DNA of 64,000 nucleotides from a virus: IMG/VR virus record IMGVR_UViG_3300044712_000732, positions 125,776 to 189,775 of that record; one strand, 5' to 3'. Shown piece by piece: positions 29,365 to 38,088 of this stretch (position 1 is its first letter; each line of letters starts with the position of its first letter). The notes under the pieces were generated by a model. It saw only the letters and a program-made list of their open reading frames with translations, ran no database searches and was not told where the DNA came from. The position numbers and the translations under genes were made by a program.

Positions 29365-30129
29365 TTATATTGTTAATTCTAATGCTATTAATAAACTGGT
29401 ATTTTGATTATCTATAAATAAAAAAGTGTCAAACACATAGACTGTAATATCATCTTCTGTGAATGTTATAGATTTAAAATATTTTTTGGGGAATGTTATT
29501 GATAAGTCATCGTGGGTTATATCACAAATTTTAAGATTCCATTGTATATCTTCACCAATCGAAAGACTATTATCAGTTATATCTAATGTAAGAATATCAT
29601 TTTCATTATCAACTGCTCCAATTTTTTTAATTTTTGTAAATGAATTTTTATCTAATGTGAATTTAAAATCCATATTATTTATATTGACAGTTTTTTTAAT
29701 TTTTTCGATATCAATATTTGTGTTCATACCCCGAATATCACCACCAATAATACTTAATTTTAATTTAGAATTTTTTAATTTTAAATTATCTGCATACGTA
29801 TCATCGTTCATAAAAAATTCACAATTGACACTTTCATCATAATCTAAATAATTTTTAAGTGTACTTTCAAATTTAGCACCCTTTTTGACGATATATCTAA
29901 TTTCTTGTGTTATATCATCAGTAAATGAAAAAACTTCATTTGTTTTAAAAATAAATGATTTAAATGCATTTACATTTGATTTTTCACCTACAACCACATA
30001 AAATAATGTGTCATTTTTATTTATTTTAAAAAGAATTTCATCATCAATTGATAAAAGATCATGGATTTTATCCAAGAAAAAGTTTAACTGTTGTATTGAC
30101 ATGCTAAACTTGTATGAAATATTCGACAT
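29365..30129 (-). CDS. hypothetical protein (254 aa)
   Basis: ORF. Confidence 0.45.
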   Translation of the reverse strand: MSNISYKFSMSIQQLNFFLDKIHDLLSIDDEILFKINKNDTLFYVVVGEKSNVNAFKSFIFKTNEVFSFTDDITQEIRYIVKKGAKFESTLKNYLDYDESVNCEFFMNDDTYADNLKLKNSKLKLSIIGGDIRGMNTNIDIEKIKKTVNINNMDFKFTLDKNSFTKIKKIGAVDNENDILTLDITDNSLSIGEDIQWNLKICDITHDDLSITFPKKYFKSITFTEDDITVYVFDTFLFIDNQNTSLLIALELTI

Positions 30130-30242
30130 AGTTATATTTTTACTTTTTTATAGATTAAAAATAAATTAGAGTTTATTTTATTTTATTTGATCTAATTATT
30201 TTCGAATTATATTTATTTTGTTTCATGTTGTTGAATTTTTAT

Positions 30243-30250
30243 TATCTTTG
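30243..30250 (+). promoter_or_regulatory. TAnnTTTG -7 element (TATCTTTG) with TTTG 22 nt upstream
   Basis: 60 nt upstream of ATG 30312; marks the strand switch to the plus-strand block. Confidence 0.45.
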
Positions 30251-30311
30251 CACAATTAATGACACCAATCATCATATCAACGGGTGTGGTTAAATTATTT
30301 AAATTCATAAA

Positions 30312-31049
30312 ATGTCAAAAATAATCGAATTAATAAAGATCCATTTTGGTGATAATTCATTTACACCATATGGGCAATGGATTAAAATATTTAAACTTTT
30401 TGTTGAAAATTCATCTGAATCAACCAAACATAAAATTGATCAAATAGATGAATTTATAAATAAATGGATTGAAAAAGAATATGGTGATTGGTCTATTCCA
30501 AATACAATTATAGAAGCCAAAGAAAAATTAGAAAATAAAATTAATGTTTTTTATGAAATATTAAAAGAATATTCTATAAATAATGAAAAAATTAAAAAAA
30601 TTATAATAATTCCTGATACTAATGCGCTAATACAAAAACCTGATCCAAAGTCATATAAACAATTAATGAATAACGATAATCTAACGATTATTTTTTTACC
30701 TACTGTGTTAAGTGAACTAGATGAACTTAAAATTAAAACTTCAAATTTAGATTTTCAAGAAAAAGTAAAATCAGTAATAAATAGATTAAAAGGATATAGA
30801 AAACAAGGCAACTTAATTGATGATGATGTAACAGTCGAAAAAACAATAAAACTTAAAATGGTTGCATCAGAACCAAATTTTGATAAAACGTTATCTTGGC
30901 TTGATAGAAATAACAATGATGATCGGATAGTTGCAAGTGCATTAGAAATTCAACGGGATAATCCTTCTTCTGTTGTTTGTTTAATAACAAGTGACATAAA
31001 TTTTCAAAATAAAATAATGATGGCAAAATTACCATACAAAGATATATAG
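30312..31049 (+). CDS. PIN-domain nuclease-like protein
   Basis: IIIIPDTNALI (PIN acidic residue 1) ... LITSDINF (distal acidic residue) in C-terminal 150 aa. Confidence 0.55.
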   Translation: MSKIIELIKIHFGDNSFTPYGQWIKIFKLFVENSSESTKHKIDQIDEFINKWIEKEYGDWSIPNTIIEAKEKLENKINVFYEILKEYSINNEKIKKIIIIPDTNALIQKPDPKSYKQLMNNDNLTIIFLPTVLSELDELKIKTSNLDFQEKVKSVINRLKGYRKQGNLIDDDVTVEKTIKLKMVASEPNFDKTLSWLDRNNNDDRIVASALEIQRDNPSSVVCLITSDINFQNKIMMAKLPYKDI

Positions 31050-31051
31050 AA

Positions 31052-31076
31052 AGAAGTTTAAAAAACTTCTTTTTTG
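31052..31076 (+). terminator. intrinsic terminator
   Basis: AGAAGTTTaaaAAACTTCT 8-bp stem followed by tttttg. Confidence 0.55.
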
Positions 31077-31088
31077 TTAAAAATTTTG

Positions 31089-31096
31089 TATCTTTG
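31089..31096 (+). promoter_or_regulatory. TAnnTTTG -7 element (TATCTTTG)
   Basis: 24 nt upstream of ATG 31120. Confidence 0.5.
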
Positions 31097-31119
31097 CAAA
31101 TATTTTTTAACATTCAATT

Positions 31120-32439
31120 ATGACAAAAACAGAAGAATTTATCCAAAAAGCGAAACTTGTTCACGGGGATAAATATAATTATTCTAAAGTCGAATATATT
31201 AATAATCACACTAAAGTTACTATTATTTGTCCAAAGCATGGTGAATTTAAACAACAACCAGCAAATCATTTAAATAATATGGGTTGTCCAAAATGTGTTG
31301 GCAATATAAAATTAACAACAACAGATTTTTTATCAAAAGCAAAAGAAATTCATGGGGATAAATATGATTATTCAAAAGTTGAATATGTCGGAATATTTAA
31401 TCACGTGAAAATAATTTGTCCAATTCATGGGGAATTTGAACAAACACCAAGACAACATCTTAAAGGTCGTGGGTGTTATAAATGTGGTGGTACACAAAAA
31501 TATACACAAAATGAATATGTTATAAAAGCAAAGGAACTTCACGGGGATAAATATGATTATTCAAAAGTTAATTATTTGGGTGGTAGAAAAGATATAATTA
31601 TAATTTGTCCTAAACACGGTGAATTTAAACAAAAAGCTGGTCAACATATACATGGTTCAGGTTGTCCAAATTGTGCTGGATTAGGGTTTATATTTCTATC
31701 ATTTGAAGAAGCAAAAATTTTTGTTAAAAATCTTAATTTACAAACACAAAATGAATGGCAAAAATATTGTAAATCGGGAAATAAACCTGATAATATACCA
31801 ATAGCACCCGAAATTGTTTATAAAAAAGTTTGGATTAACTGGGGTGATTGGTTGGGTACATTTAAAATTTCAAATCAAAAAAAAGAATATTGGACATTTG
31901 AAGAAGCTAGAATATTTGTTAGAAATCTTAATTTAAAATCAATAACAGAATGGAAAAGATATTGTAAAAATGAAAATAAACCTAGCAATATTCCAAATGA
32001 TCCATACGGAACGTATAATAAATATGGTTGGTTAAATTGGGGTGATTTTTTAGGCTCATTTACATTAGCACCAAAAGATAGACAATATTTATCATTTGAA
32101 GAAGCAAGAAATTTTGTTAGAACACTTAATTTAAATTCAAAAGAAAAATGGGTAAATTATTGTAAATCGGGAAGTAAGCCTAACAATATTCCAAATGATC
32201 CATATAGTTATTATAAAGATGATGGTTGGATTGATATGGGGGATTGGTTGGGTACATTTACAATTGCCCCACGATATAAACAATTAAATTATCTTTCAGA
32301 AGAAGAATTCATACAATTTATTAAAGATACATTTCCAAATTTATATGGTGCTGAACTTCATAAAGCATATGAAGCTTGGTGGGATGAAAATAAACCAGAA
32401 TATTTACCAAAGGATGTTGCTAAATATTATAATAAATAA
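31120..32439 (+). CDS. repeat protein, paralog 1. It has 3 N-terminal zinc-ribbon-like modules (HGDKYDYSKV..IICPxHGEFxQ..HL.G.GCPxC), ~4 WGDWLG-type ~57-aa repeats (resembling homing-endonuclease-associated repeats) and the conserved C-terminal tail
   Basis: Manual alignment of internal repeats: FxxAR.FV..LNLKS..EW..YCKSGNKP.NIP..P...Y...GWI.WGDWLGT. Confidence 0.6.
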   Translation: MTKTEEFIQKAKLVHGDKYNYSKVEYINNHTKVTIICPKHGEFKQQPANHLNNMGCPKCVGNIKLTTTDFLSKAKEIHGDKYDYSKVEYVGIFNHVKIICPIHGEFEQTPRQHLKGRGCYKCGGTQKYTQNEYVIKAKELHGDKYDYSKVNYLGGRKDIIIICPKHGEFKQKAGQHIHGSGCPNCAGLGFIFLSFEEAKIFVKNLNLQTQNEWQKYCKSGNKPDNIPIAPEIVYKKVWINWGDWLGTFKISNQKKEYWTFEEARIFVRNLNLKSITEWKRYCKNENKPSNIPNDPYGTYNKYGWLNWGDFLGSFTLAPKDRQYLSFEEARNFVRTLNLNSKEKWVNYCKSGSKPNNIPNDPYSYYKDDGWIDMGDWLGTFTIAPRYKQLNYLSEEEFIQFIKDTFPNLYGAELHKAYEAWWDENKPEYLPKDVAKYYNK

Positions 32440-32442
32440 TTT

Positions 32443-34146
32443 ATGTCAAAAAAACGACCTTTTTTATCATTTGAAAATGCTAGATTTTTTTCACGATCTA
32501 TTAATTTAAAAAGTGGGAAAGAATGGAAAGAATTTTGCAAATCAGGTAATAAGCCTGATAATATACCAACAAATCCATATGAAGTATACAAAAAAGAATG
32601 GATTAGTATGGGTGATTGGTTAGGGACATTTTCGGTTCATACTAAAAATTTTTTATCATTTAATGAAGCAAGAATTTTTGCTAGATCAAATAATTTCAAA
32701 AATAGAGAAGATTGGAAATTATATTGTAAATCGGAAAATAAACCTAATAATATTCCGACAAATCCATATGAAGTATACAATAAAGAATGGATTAGTTGGG
32801 GGGATTGGCTAGGAACAAAAATAGGATTTGAAGGATTTTTATCATTTGAAGAAGCTAGAAATTATGTTAGAAATCTGAACTTAAAATCAAATAAAGAATG
32901 GTATAAATATTGTAAGTCAGGAGATAAGCCTGATAATATTCCATCTACACCAAATAAAAAATATAAAAATTGTGGTTGGACTAATTGGTATGATTGGTTT
33001 GGAACAAAAATTGAATTTGAAGGATTTTTATCATTTGAAGAAGCTAGAAATTATGTTAGAAACCTGAATATAAAATCATCAAATGATTGGGCTAAATATT
33101 GTAAATCTGGAAATAAACCTAATAATATTCCAAGTAATCCACGTGAAGTATATAAAAATGAATGGAATGATTGGGGTGATTGGTTAGGAACATTTACTAT
33201 ATCAACACAAAACTATGTGTATTTATCATTTGATGATGCAAGAAATTTTGCTAGAAATCTTAATCTAAAAACACAAACATATTGGAGGAAGTATTGTAAA
33301 TCGGGAAATAAACCTGATAATATACCAAGTGATCCATCCAAAGGTTATAAAGATAAAGGTTGGCTTAGTTGGGGTGATTGGTTAGGTACAAAAATTGGAT
33401 TTAATGGGTTTTTACCATTTGAAGATGCAAGAAATTTTGTTAGAAATCTTAATCTAAAAACCCAATATGAATGGAAAGTGTATCTTAATAGTGGAAACAA
33501 ACCTAACAATATTCCAAATAAACCACGGGATGTATATAAAGATTGGATTAGTATGGATGATTGGTTAGGTACTTTTGTGATATCAACCCATAAACAAAAA
33601 TTTTTATCATTTGATGAAGCAAGAATATTTGTTAAAAATCTTAGATTAATCGGTAAAGATGATTGGTATAATTATTGTAAAAGCGGAAACAAACCAACGG
33701 ATATTCCAACTACACCCAATACCGTTTATAGTGAATGGGTGGGTTGGGGTGATTGGTTAGGAACATATAATATAGCATCATTTGATAAAGAATTTTTATT
33801 GTTTAATGATGCGAGAAATATTATTAGAAACAAAAATTTTAAAAATCAAAATGAATGGTTTGAATATTGCAAATCGGGAAATAAGCCAAAAAACATTCCA
33901 AGTGATCCATCAAAAACCTATATAAATGATTGGATTGATTGGGGTGATTGGTTGGGTACATTTACTATTGCAACCCAAAATAAACAATTAAATTATCTTT
34001 CAGAAGAAGATTTCATACAATTTATTAAAGACACATTTCCAAATATTCCACCTGGAATTGAACTTCGCAAAGCATATGAAGCTTGGTGGGATGAAAATAA
34101 ACCTGATTATTTACCAAAGGATGTTGCAGGATACTACAATAAATAA
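32443..34146 (+). CDS. repeat protein, paralog 2 (10 WGDWLG-type repeats plus conserved C-terminal tail)
   Basis: Same repeat unit as paralog 1; C-terminal NYLSEEDFIQFIKDTFPN...AYEAWWDENKPDYLPKDVAGYYNK shared with paralog 1. Confidence 0.6.
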   Translation: MSKKRPFLSFENARFFSRSINLKSGKEWKEFCKSGNKPDNIPTNPYEVYKKEWISMGDWLGTFSVHTKNFLSFNEARIFARSNNFKNREDWKLYCKSENKPNNIPTNPYEVYNKEWISWGDWLGTKIGFEGFLSFEEARNYVRNLNLKSNKEWYKYCKSGDKPDNIPSTPNKKYKNCGWTNWYDWFGTKIEFEGFLSFEEARNYVRNLNIKSSNDWAKYCKSGNKPNNIPSNPREVYKNEWNDWGDWLGTFTISTQNYVYLSFDDARNFARNLNLKTQTYWRKYCKSGNKPDNIPSDPSKGYKDKGWLSWGDWLGTKIGFNGFLPFEDARNFVRNLNLKTQYEWKVYLNSGNKPNNIPNKPRDVYKDWISMDDWLGTFVISTHKQKFLSFDEARIFVKNLRLIGKDDWYNYCKSGNKPTDIPTTPNTVYSEWVGWGDWLGTYNIASFDKEFLLFNDARNIIRNKNFKNQNEWFEYCKSGNKPKNIPSDPSKTYINDWIDWGDWLGTFTIATQNKQLNYLSEEDFIQFIKDTFPNIPPGIELRKAYEAWWDENKPDYLPKDVAGYYNK

Positions 34147-34149
34147 TTT

Positions 34150-35454
34150 ATGTCAAAAAAATTAACAACAGAAGAATTCATTATTAAAGCCAAAGGTGTT
34201 CATGGTGATAAATATGATTATTCTAAAGTTGATTATGTTAATAATCATATTAAAGTTACTATTATTTGTCCAATACATGGTATTTTTGAACAAACACCAA
34301 GTAATCATTTACAAGGTAAGAATTGTATTAATTGTGGTTCTTATAATCAATCTAATACCATAAAAAATAAAAATATATCATTTGAAGAATCAAGAAATTT
34401 TGTTAGAAATCTTAATTTGAAATCGCAAAAAGAATGGAATAAATATATTAAATCAGGTAATAAACCTGATAATATTCCAAGTATGCCAAATCGAATATAT
34501 AAAAATAAAGGTTGGATTAGTATGGGTGATTGGTTAGGAACTTTTACAATAGCATCATATAAAAAAATTTTTTTACCATTTGAAGAAGCAAGAATTTTTG
34601 CTAGAAATCTTAATTTAAATTCACAAAAAGAATGGTTAAAATATCGAAAATCTGATAATAAACCTGATAATATTCCAAGTAATCCATATAGTGTATATAA
34701 AAATGATGGTTGGTTATCATGGGGTGATTGGTTAGGAACAAAAAATGATTTTAATGGATTTTTACCATTTGATGATGCTAGAAATTTTGCTAGAAATCTT
34801 AATTTAAAACCATATGATAAATGGAAAAAATATTGTAAATCAGGAAATAAACCTAACAATATTCCAAGTAGTCCTGATAAAGTATATAAAAATAAAGGTT
34901 GGATTGATTTTGGTGATTGGTTAGGTTATAAAAAAGATTTTTTATCATTTGAAGAAGCCAGAACTTTTGTTAGAAATCTTAATTTAAAATCACAAAAAGA
35001 ATGGATTGAATATTGTAAATTAGGAAATATGTTAGATAATATACCAAGTAATCCACAACATACTTATAAAAATAAAGGTTGGATTAGTTGGGGTGATTGG
35101 TTAGGCACATTTACTATTTATAAAAACAATTTTTTACCATTTGAAGAAGCAAGAATATTCGCAAGAAATCTTAATTTAAAATACAAAAAGAAATGGATTG
35201 ATTATTGTAAATATGGTAATAAACCAAATAATATTCCATCTGATCCATATCGTACATATAAAAATAATGGATGGGTTAGTTTTGGTAATTGGTTAGGTAC
35301 TGAATATTTATCGGAAGAAGAATTCCAACAATTTATTATTGATAATTTTTCAGATGTTCATCCTGATGATATGAATAAATTTTATGAAATATGGTGGAAT
35401 GATAATCAACCAATTAATTTACCAAAATATCCAAAAGAATATTATAATAAATAA
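34150..35454 (+). CDS. repeat protein, paralog 3 (1 zinc-ribbon module, ~6 repeats, conserved C-terminal tail)
   Basis: Same architecture as paralogs 1 and 2. Confidence 0.6.
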   Translation: MSKKLTTEEFIIKAKGVHGDKYDYSKVDYVNNHIKVTIICPIHGIFEQTPSNHLQGKNCINCGSYNQSNTIKNKNISFEESRNFVRNLNLKSQKEWNKYIKSGNKPDNIPSMPNRIYKNKGWISMGDWLGTFTIASYKKIFLPFEEARIFARNLNLNSQKEWLKYRKSDNKPDNIPSNPYSVYKNDGWLSWGDWLGTKNDFNGFLPFDDARNFARNLNLKPYDKWKKYCKSGNKPNNIPSSPDKVYKNKGWIDFGDWLGYKKDFLSFEEARTFVRNLNLKSQKEWIEYCKLGNMLDNIPSNPQHTYKNKGWISWGDWLGTFTIYKNNFLPFEEARIFARNLNLKYKKKWIDYCKYGNKPNNIPSDPYRTYKNNGWVSFGNWLGTEYLSEEEFQQFIIDNFSDVHPDDMNKFYEIWWNDNQPINLPKYPKEYYNK

Positions 35455-35508
35455 AATAAAAATTTTTTAAAAAACTTACAATAAATTTGCTTTTTCGTAA
35501 TAAAAACT

Positions 35509-35516
35509 TATATTTG
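35509..35516 (+). promoter_or_regulatory. TAnnTTTG -7 element (TATATTTG) flanked by 10-bp inverted repeat aacttatatt/aatataagtt
   Basis: 28 nt upstream of ATG 35545. Confidence 0.5.
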
Positions 35517-35544
35517 CACAATGTTTAATTAAAAATATAAGTTT

Positions 35545-36177
35545 ATGAAAAAGTTTTTATCATTTGAAGAAGCAAAGGCATTTGCACAAAGTTTAAATTT
35601 AAAATCCTTAAAGGATTGGAAAGATTACTGTAAATCGGGTAACAAACCTAATAATATTCCAAATGATCCGTACAGTGCATATAAAAACAACAATTGGATT
35701 TCGTGGGGTGATTGGTTGGGTACATTTAGGGTTTCGAATAGGAACAAACAGTTCATATCTTTTGAAGAAGCAAAAGAAATTATCAAAAAATTAAATTTGA
35801 AAAACCGAAAAGATTATGAAAAATATCAATCAGATATGATTGAAAAACTTAATAATGCGACTGTACCAACAAATCCAAATGTTGTATATAGTAGTTCTTG
35901 GAAAAGTTGGAATGATTTTTTGGGTATAGAACCAAATGAATTTCTTCCATTTGAAGAAGCAAGGAATTTTGTGCGATCACTTAATTTAAAAAGTGTTCGG
36001 GATTGGGAAAAATACAGAAAACAAAAACCTGATAATATTCCATCTTTACCAAGTAGTTATTATAAAGAAAAATGGATAAATTGGGGGGATTGGTTAGGAA
36101 CAAACAATGTTGCTACTAAATACGTATCATTCGAAGATGCAAAAAATATTGTTCGTAAATTAAAAGATTCAAAATGA
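35545..36177 (+). CDS. repeat protein, paralog 4 (~3.5 repeats; lacks conserved tail)
   Basis: Same repeat unit. Confidence 0.55.
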   Translation: MKKFLSFEEAKAFAQSLNLKSLKDWKDYCKSGNKPNNIPNDPYSAYKNNNWISWGDWLGTFRVSNRNKQFISFEEAKEIIKKLNLKNRKDYEKYQSDMIEKLNNATVPTNPNVVYSSSWKSWNDFLGIEPNEFLPFEEARNFVRSLNLKSVRDWEKYRKQKPDNIPSLPSSYYKEKWINWGDWLGTNNVATKYVSFEDAKNIVRKLKDSK

Positions 36178-37301
36178 AAAAGGAATTTTTACCATTTGAA
36201 GAAGCAAGAACATTCGTAAGATGCCTTAATTTAAAATCTTTTAAAGATTGGAAAAAATATTGTAAATCTGGAAATAAACCTATTAATATCCCATCTTGTC
36301 CTCATGTTATATATAAAAATGATTGGATTAGTTGGGGGGATTGGATAGGAACATTTTCAGTTCATACTAAAGAATTTTTACCTTTCGAAGAAGCAAGAAA
36401 TTTTGTTTATACTAAAAATTTGAAAAATCAAGCTGAATGGTGGATATATTGTAAATCTGGAAATAAACCTGATAATGTGCCGTGTTCACCTGACATAATT
36501 TATAAAAATAATGGTTGGAATGGTTGGTATGATTGGTTTGGATATGATAAAATATCGGTTTTAAAAAATAACTTCATAATAAAAGCTAACATTGTCCATA
36601 ATAATAAATTTGATTATTCAAAAGTTAATTATATTAATGTTAAAAATAAAGTTATAATTGGATGTCCCATACATGGTGATTTTGAACAAACTATAAATGG
36701 ACATTTAAATGGTAGGGGGTGTTCAAAATGTGCTAAAATTGATTATAGATCATTTGAAAATGCTAGAAATTTTGTTCATTCTTTAAATTTACAAACGAAT
36801 GCGGAATGGATAATTTTTAATAAAAGCGAAAATATGCCTAAAGATATTCCACATAACCCAAATGTTGTATATAAAGATAATGGTTGGATTAGCATAGGTG
36901 ATTGGTTAGGAACAAATTCAATTGCACCACAATATATGAAATATAGAACATTTGAAGAAGCTAAAATTTTTGCACAAAAGCAAAATTTAAAATCTAAAGA
37001 TGAATGGAAAGTATTTAAAAAATCCGAAAATTTTCCTATTGATATACCTAAAAATCCAAACGTTACATATAAAGATAATGGATGGATTTCTTGGGGTGAT
37101 TTTTTAGGTACATTTACATTAGCACCAAAAAATATATCAAAAAATTATTTATCGGAAGAAGCAGCCAAACAATTTCTTATTGCTAATTTTTCAGATGTTC
37201 ATCCCGATGATATGGATGATGCTTATGAAAAATGGTGGAATAATAATCAACCAATTAATTTACCAAAACATATAAAATTACATTATAAATTGTTTTATTA
37301 A
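36174..37301 (+). CDS. repeat protein, paralog 5 (repeats, a central zinc-ribbon module, conserved tail)
   Basis: NIVHNNKFDYSKVNYINVKNKVIIGCPIHGDFEQTINGHLNGRGCSKC embedded between repeat units. Confidence 0.6.
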   Translation: MKKEFLPFEEARTFVRCLNLKSFKDWKKYCKSGNKPINIPSCPHVIYKNDWISWGDWIGTFSVHTKEFLPFEEARNFVYTKNLKNQAEWWIYCKSGNKPDNVPCSPDIIYKNNGWNGWYDWFGYDKISVLKNNFIIKANIVHNNKFDYSKVNYINVKNKVIIGCPIHGDFEQTINGHLNGRGCSKCAKIDYRSFENARNFVHSLNLQTNAEWIIFNKSENMPKDIPHNPNVVYKDNGWISIGDWLGTNSIAPQYMKYRTFEEAKIFAQKQNLKSKDEWKVFKKSENFPIDIPKNPNVTYKDNGWISWGDFLGTFTLAPKNISKNYLSEEAAKQFLIANFSDVHPDDMDDAYEKWWNNNQPINLPKHIKLHYKLFY

Positions 37302-37304
37302 AAA

Positions 37305-38057
37305 ATGAAAAAGGAATTCTTATTATTTGAAGAAGCTAGAAATTTTGTTAGAAATCTTAAATTAAAATCACAAAAAGAATGGAACAAATATATTAAATCA
37401 GGAAATAAACCTGATAATATTCCAAGTGATCCATATATTGCTTATAAAGATAATGGTTGGCTTAATTGGGGTGATTGGTTAGGTACATTTACTATAAAAA
37501 ATAAAGATTTTTTACCATTTGAAGAATCAAGAAATTTTGTTAGAACACTTAAATTTAACAATAGAAAAAAATGGAAATTGTATTGTAAATCTGGTAAACC
37601 TGATAATATTCCAAGTAATCCAAACGTTGTATATAAAGATAATGGTTGGTATAATTGGGGTGATTGGTTAGGAACATATACAATTGCAACATTTAATAAA
37701 GAATATTTATCATTTTATGATGCTAAAATATATGTTCATACATTAAATTTAAAAACCAAAATTGAATATGTTAAATATATTAAATCTGGTAATAAACCTG
37801 ATAATATTCCAAGTGATCCATATAAGGTTTATTACGATAAAGGTTGGATTAATTGGGGTGATTGGTTAGGTACATTTACTATTTCAAATCAAAATAAACA
37901 ATTATATTATTTATCAGAAGAAGAATTTCAACAATTTATTATTGCTAATTTTTCAGATATTCATCCAGATGATATGGATGAAGCTTATAGTAATTTTTGG
38001 AATAAAAATGAACCTATAAATTTACCAAAATATCCAAAAATATTTTATAATCAATAA
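37305..38057 (+). CDS. repeat protein, paralog 6 (4 repeats plus conserved tail)
   Basis: Same repeat unit and C-terminal tail. Confidence 0.6.
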   Translation: MKKEFLLFEEARNFVRNLKLKSQKEWNKYIKSGNKPDNIPSDPYIAYKDNGWLNWGDWLGTFTIKNKDFLPFEESRNFVRTLKFNNRKKWKLYCKSGKPDNIPSNPNVVYKDNGWYNWGDWLGTYTIATFNKEYLSFYDAKIYVHTLNLKTKIEYVKYIKSGNKPDNIPSDPYKVYYDKGWINWGDWLGTFTISNQNKQLYYLSEEEFQQFIIANFSDIHPDDMDEAYSNFWNKNEPINLPKYPKIFYNQ

Positions 38058-38065
38058 AAAATGTT

Positions 38066-38073
38066 TATATTTG
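38066..38073 (+). promoter_or_regulatory. TAnnTTTG -7 element (TATATTTG)
   Basis: 15 nt upstream of ATG 38089. Confidence 0.45.
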
Positions 38074-38088
38074 TATTAAATTTATAAA

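Noticed and set aside
34347-34859. Minus-strand ORF 34347-34859 (170 aa)
   Set aside because: Antisense to the repeat-protein paralog 3. Its periodic sequence mirrors the sense-strand repeats, so it is an artefact of repeat structure.
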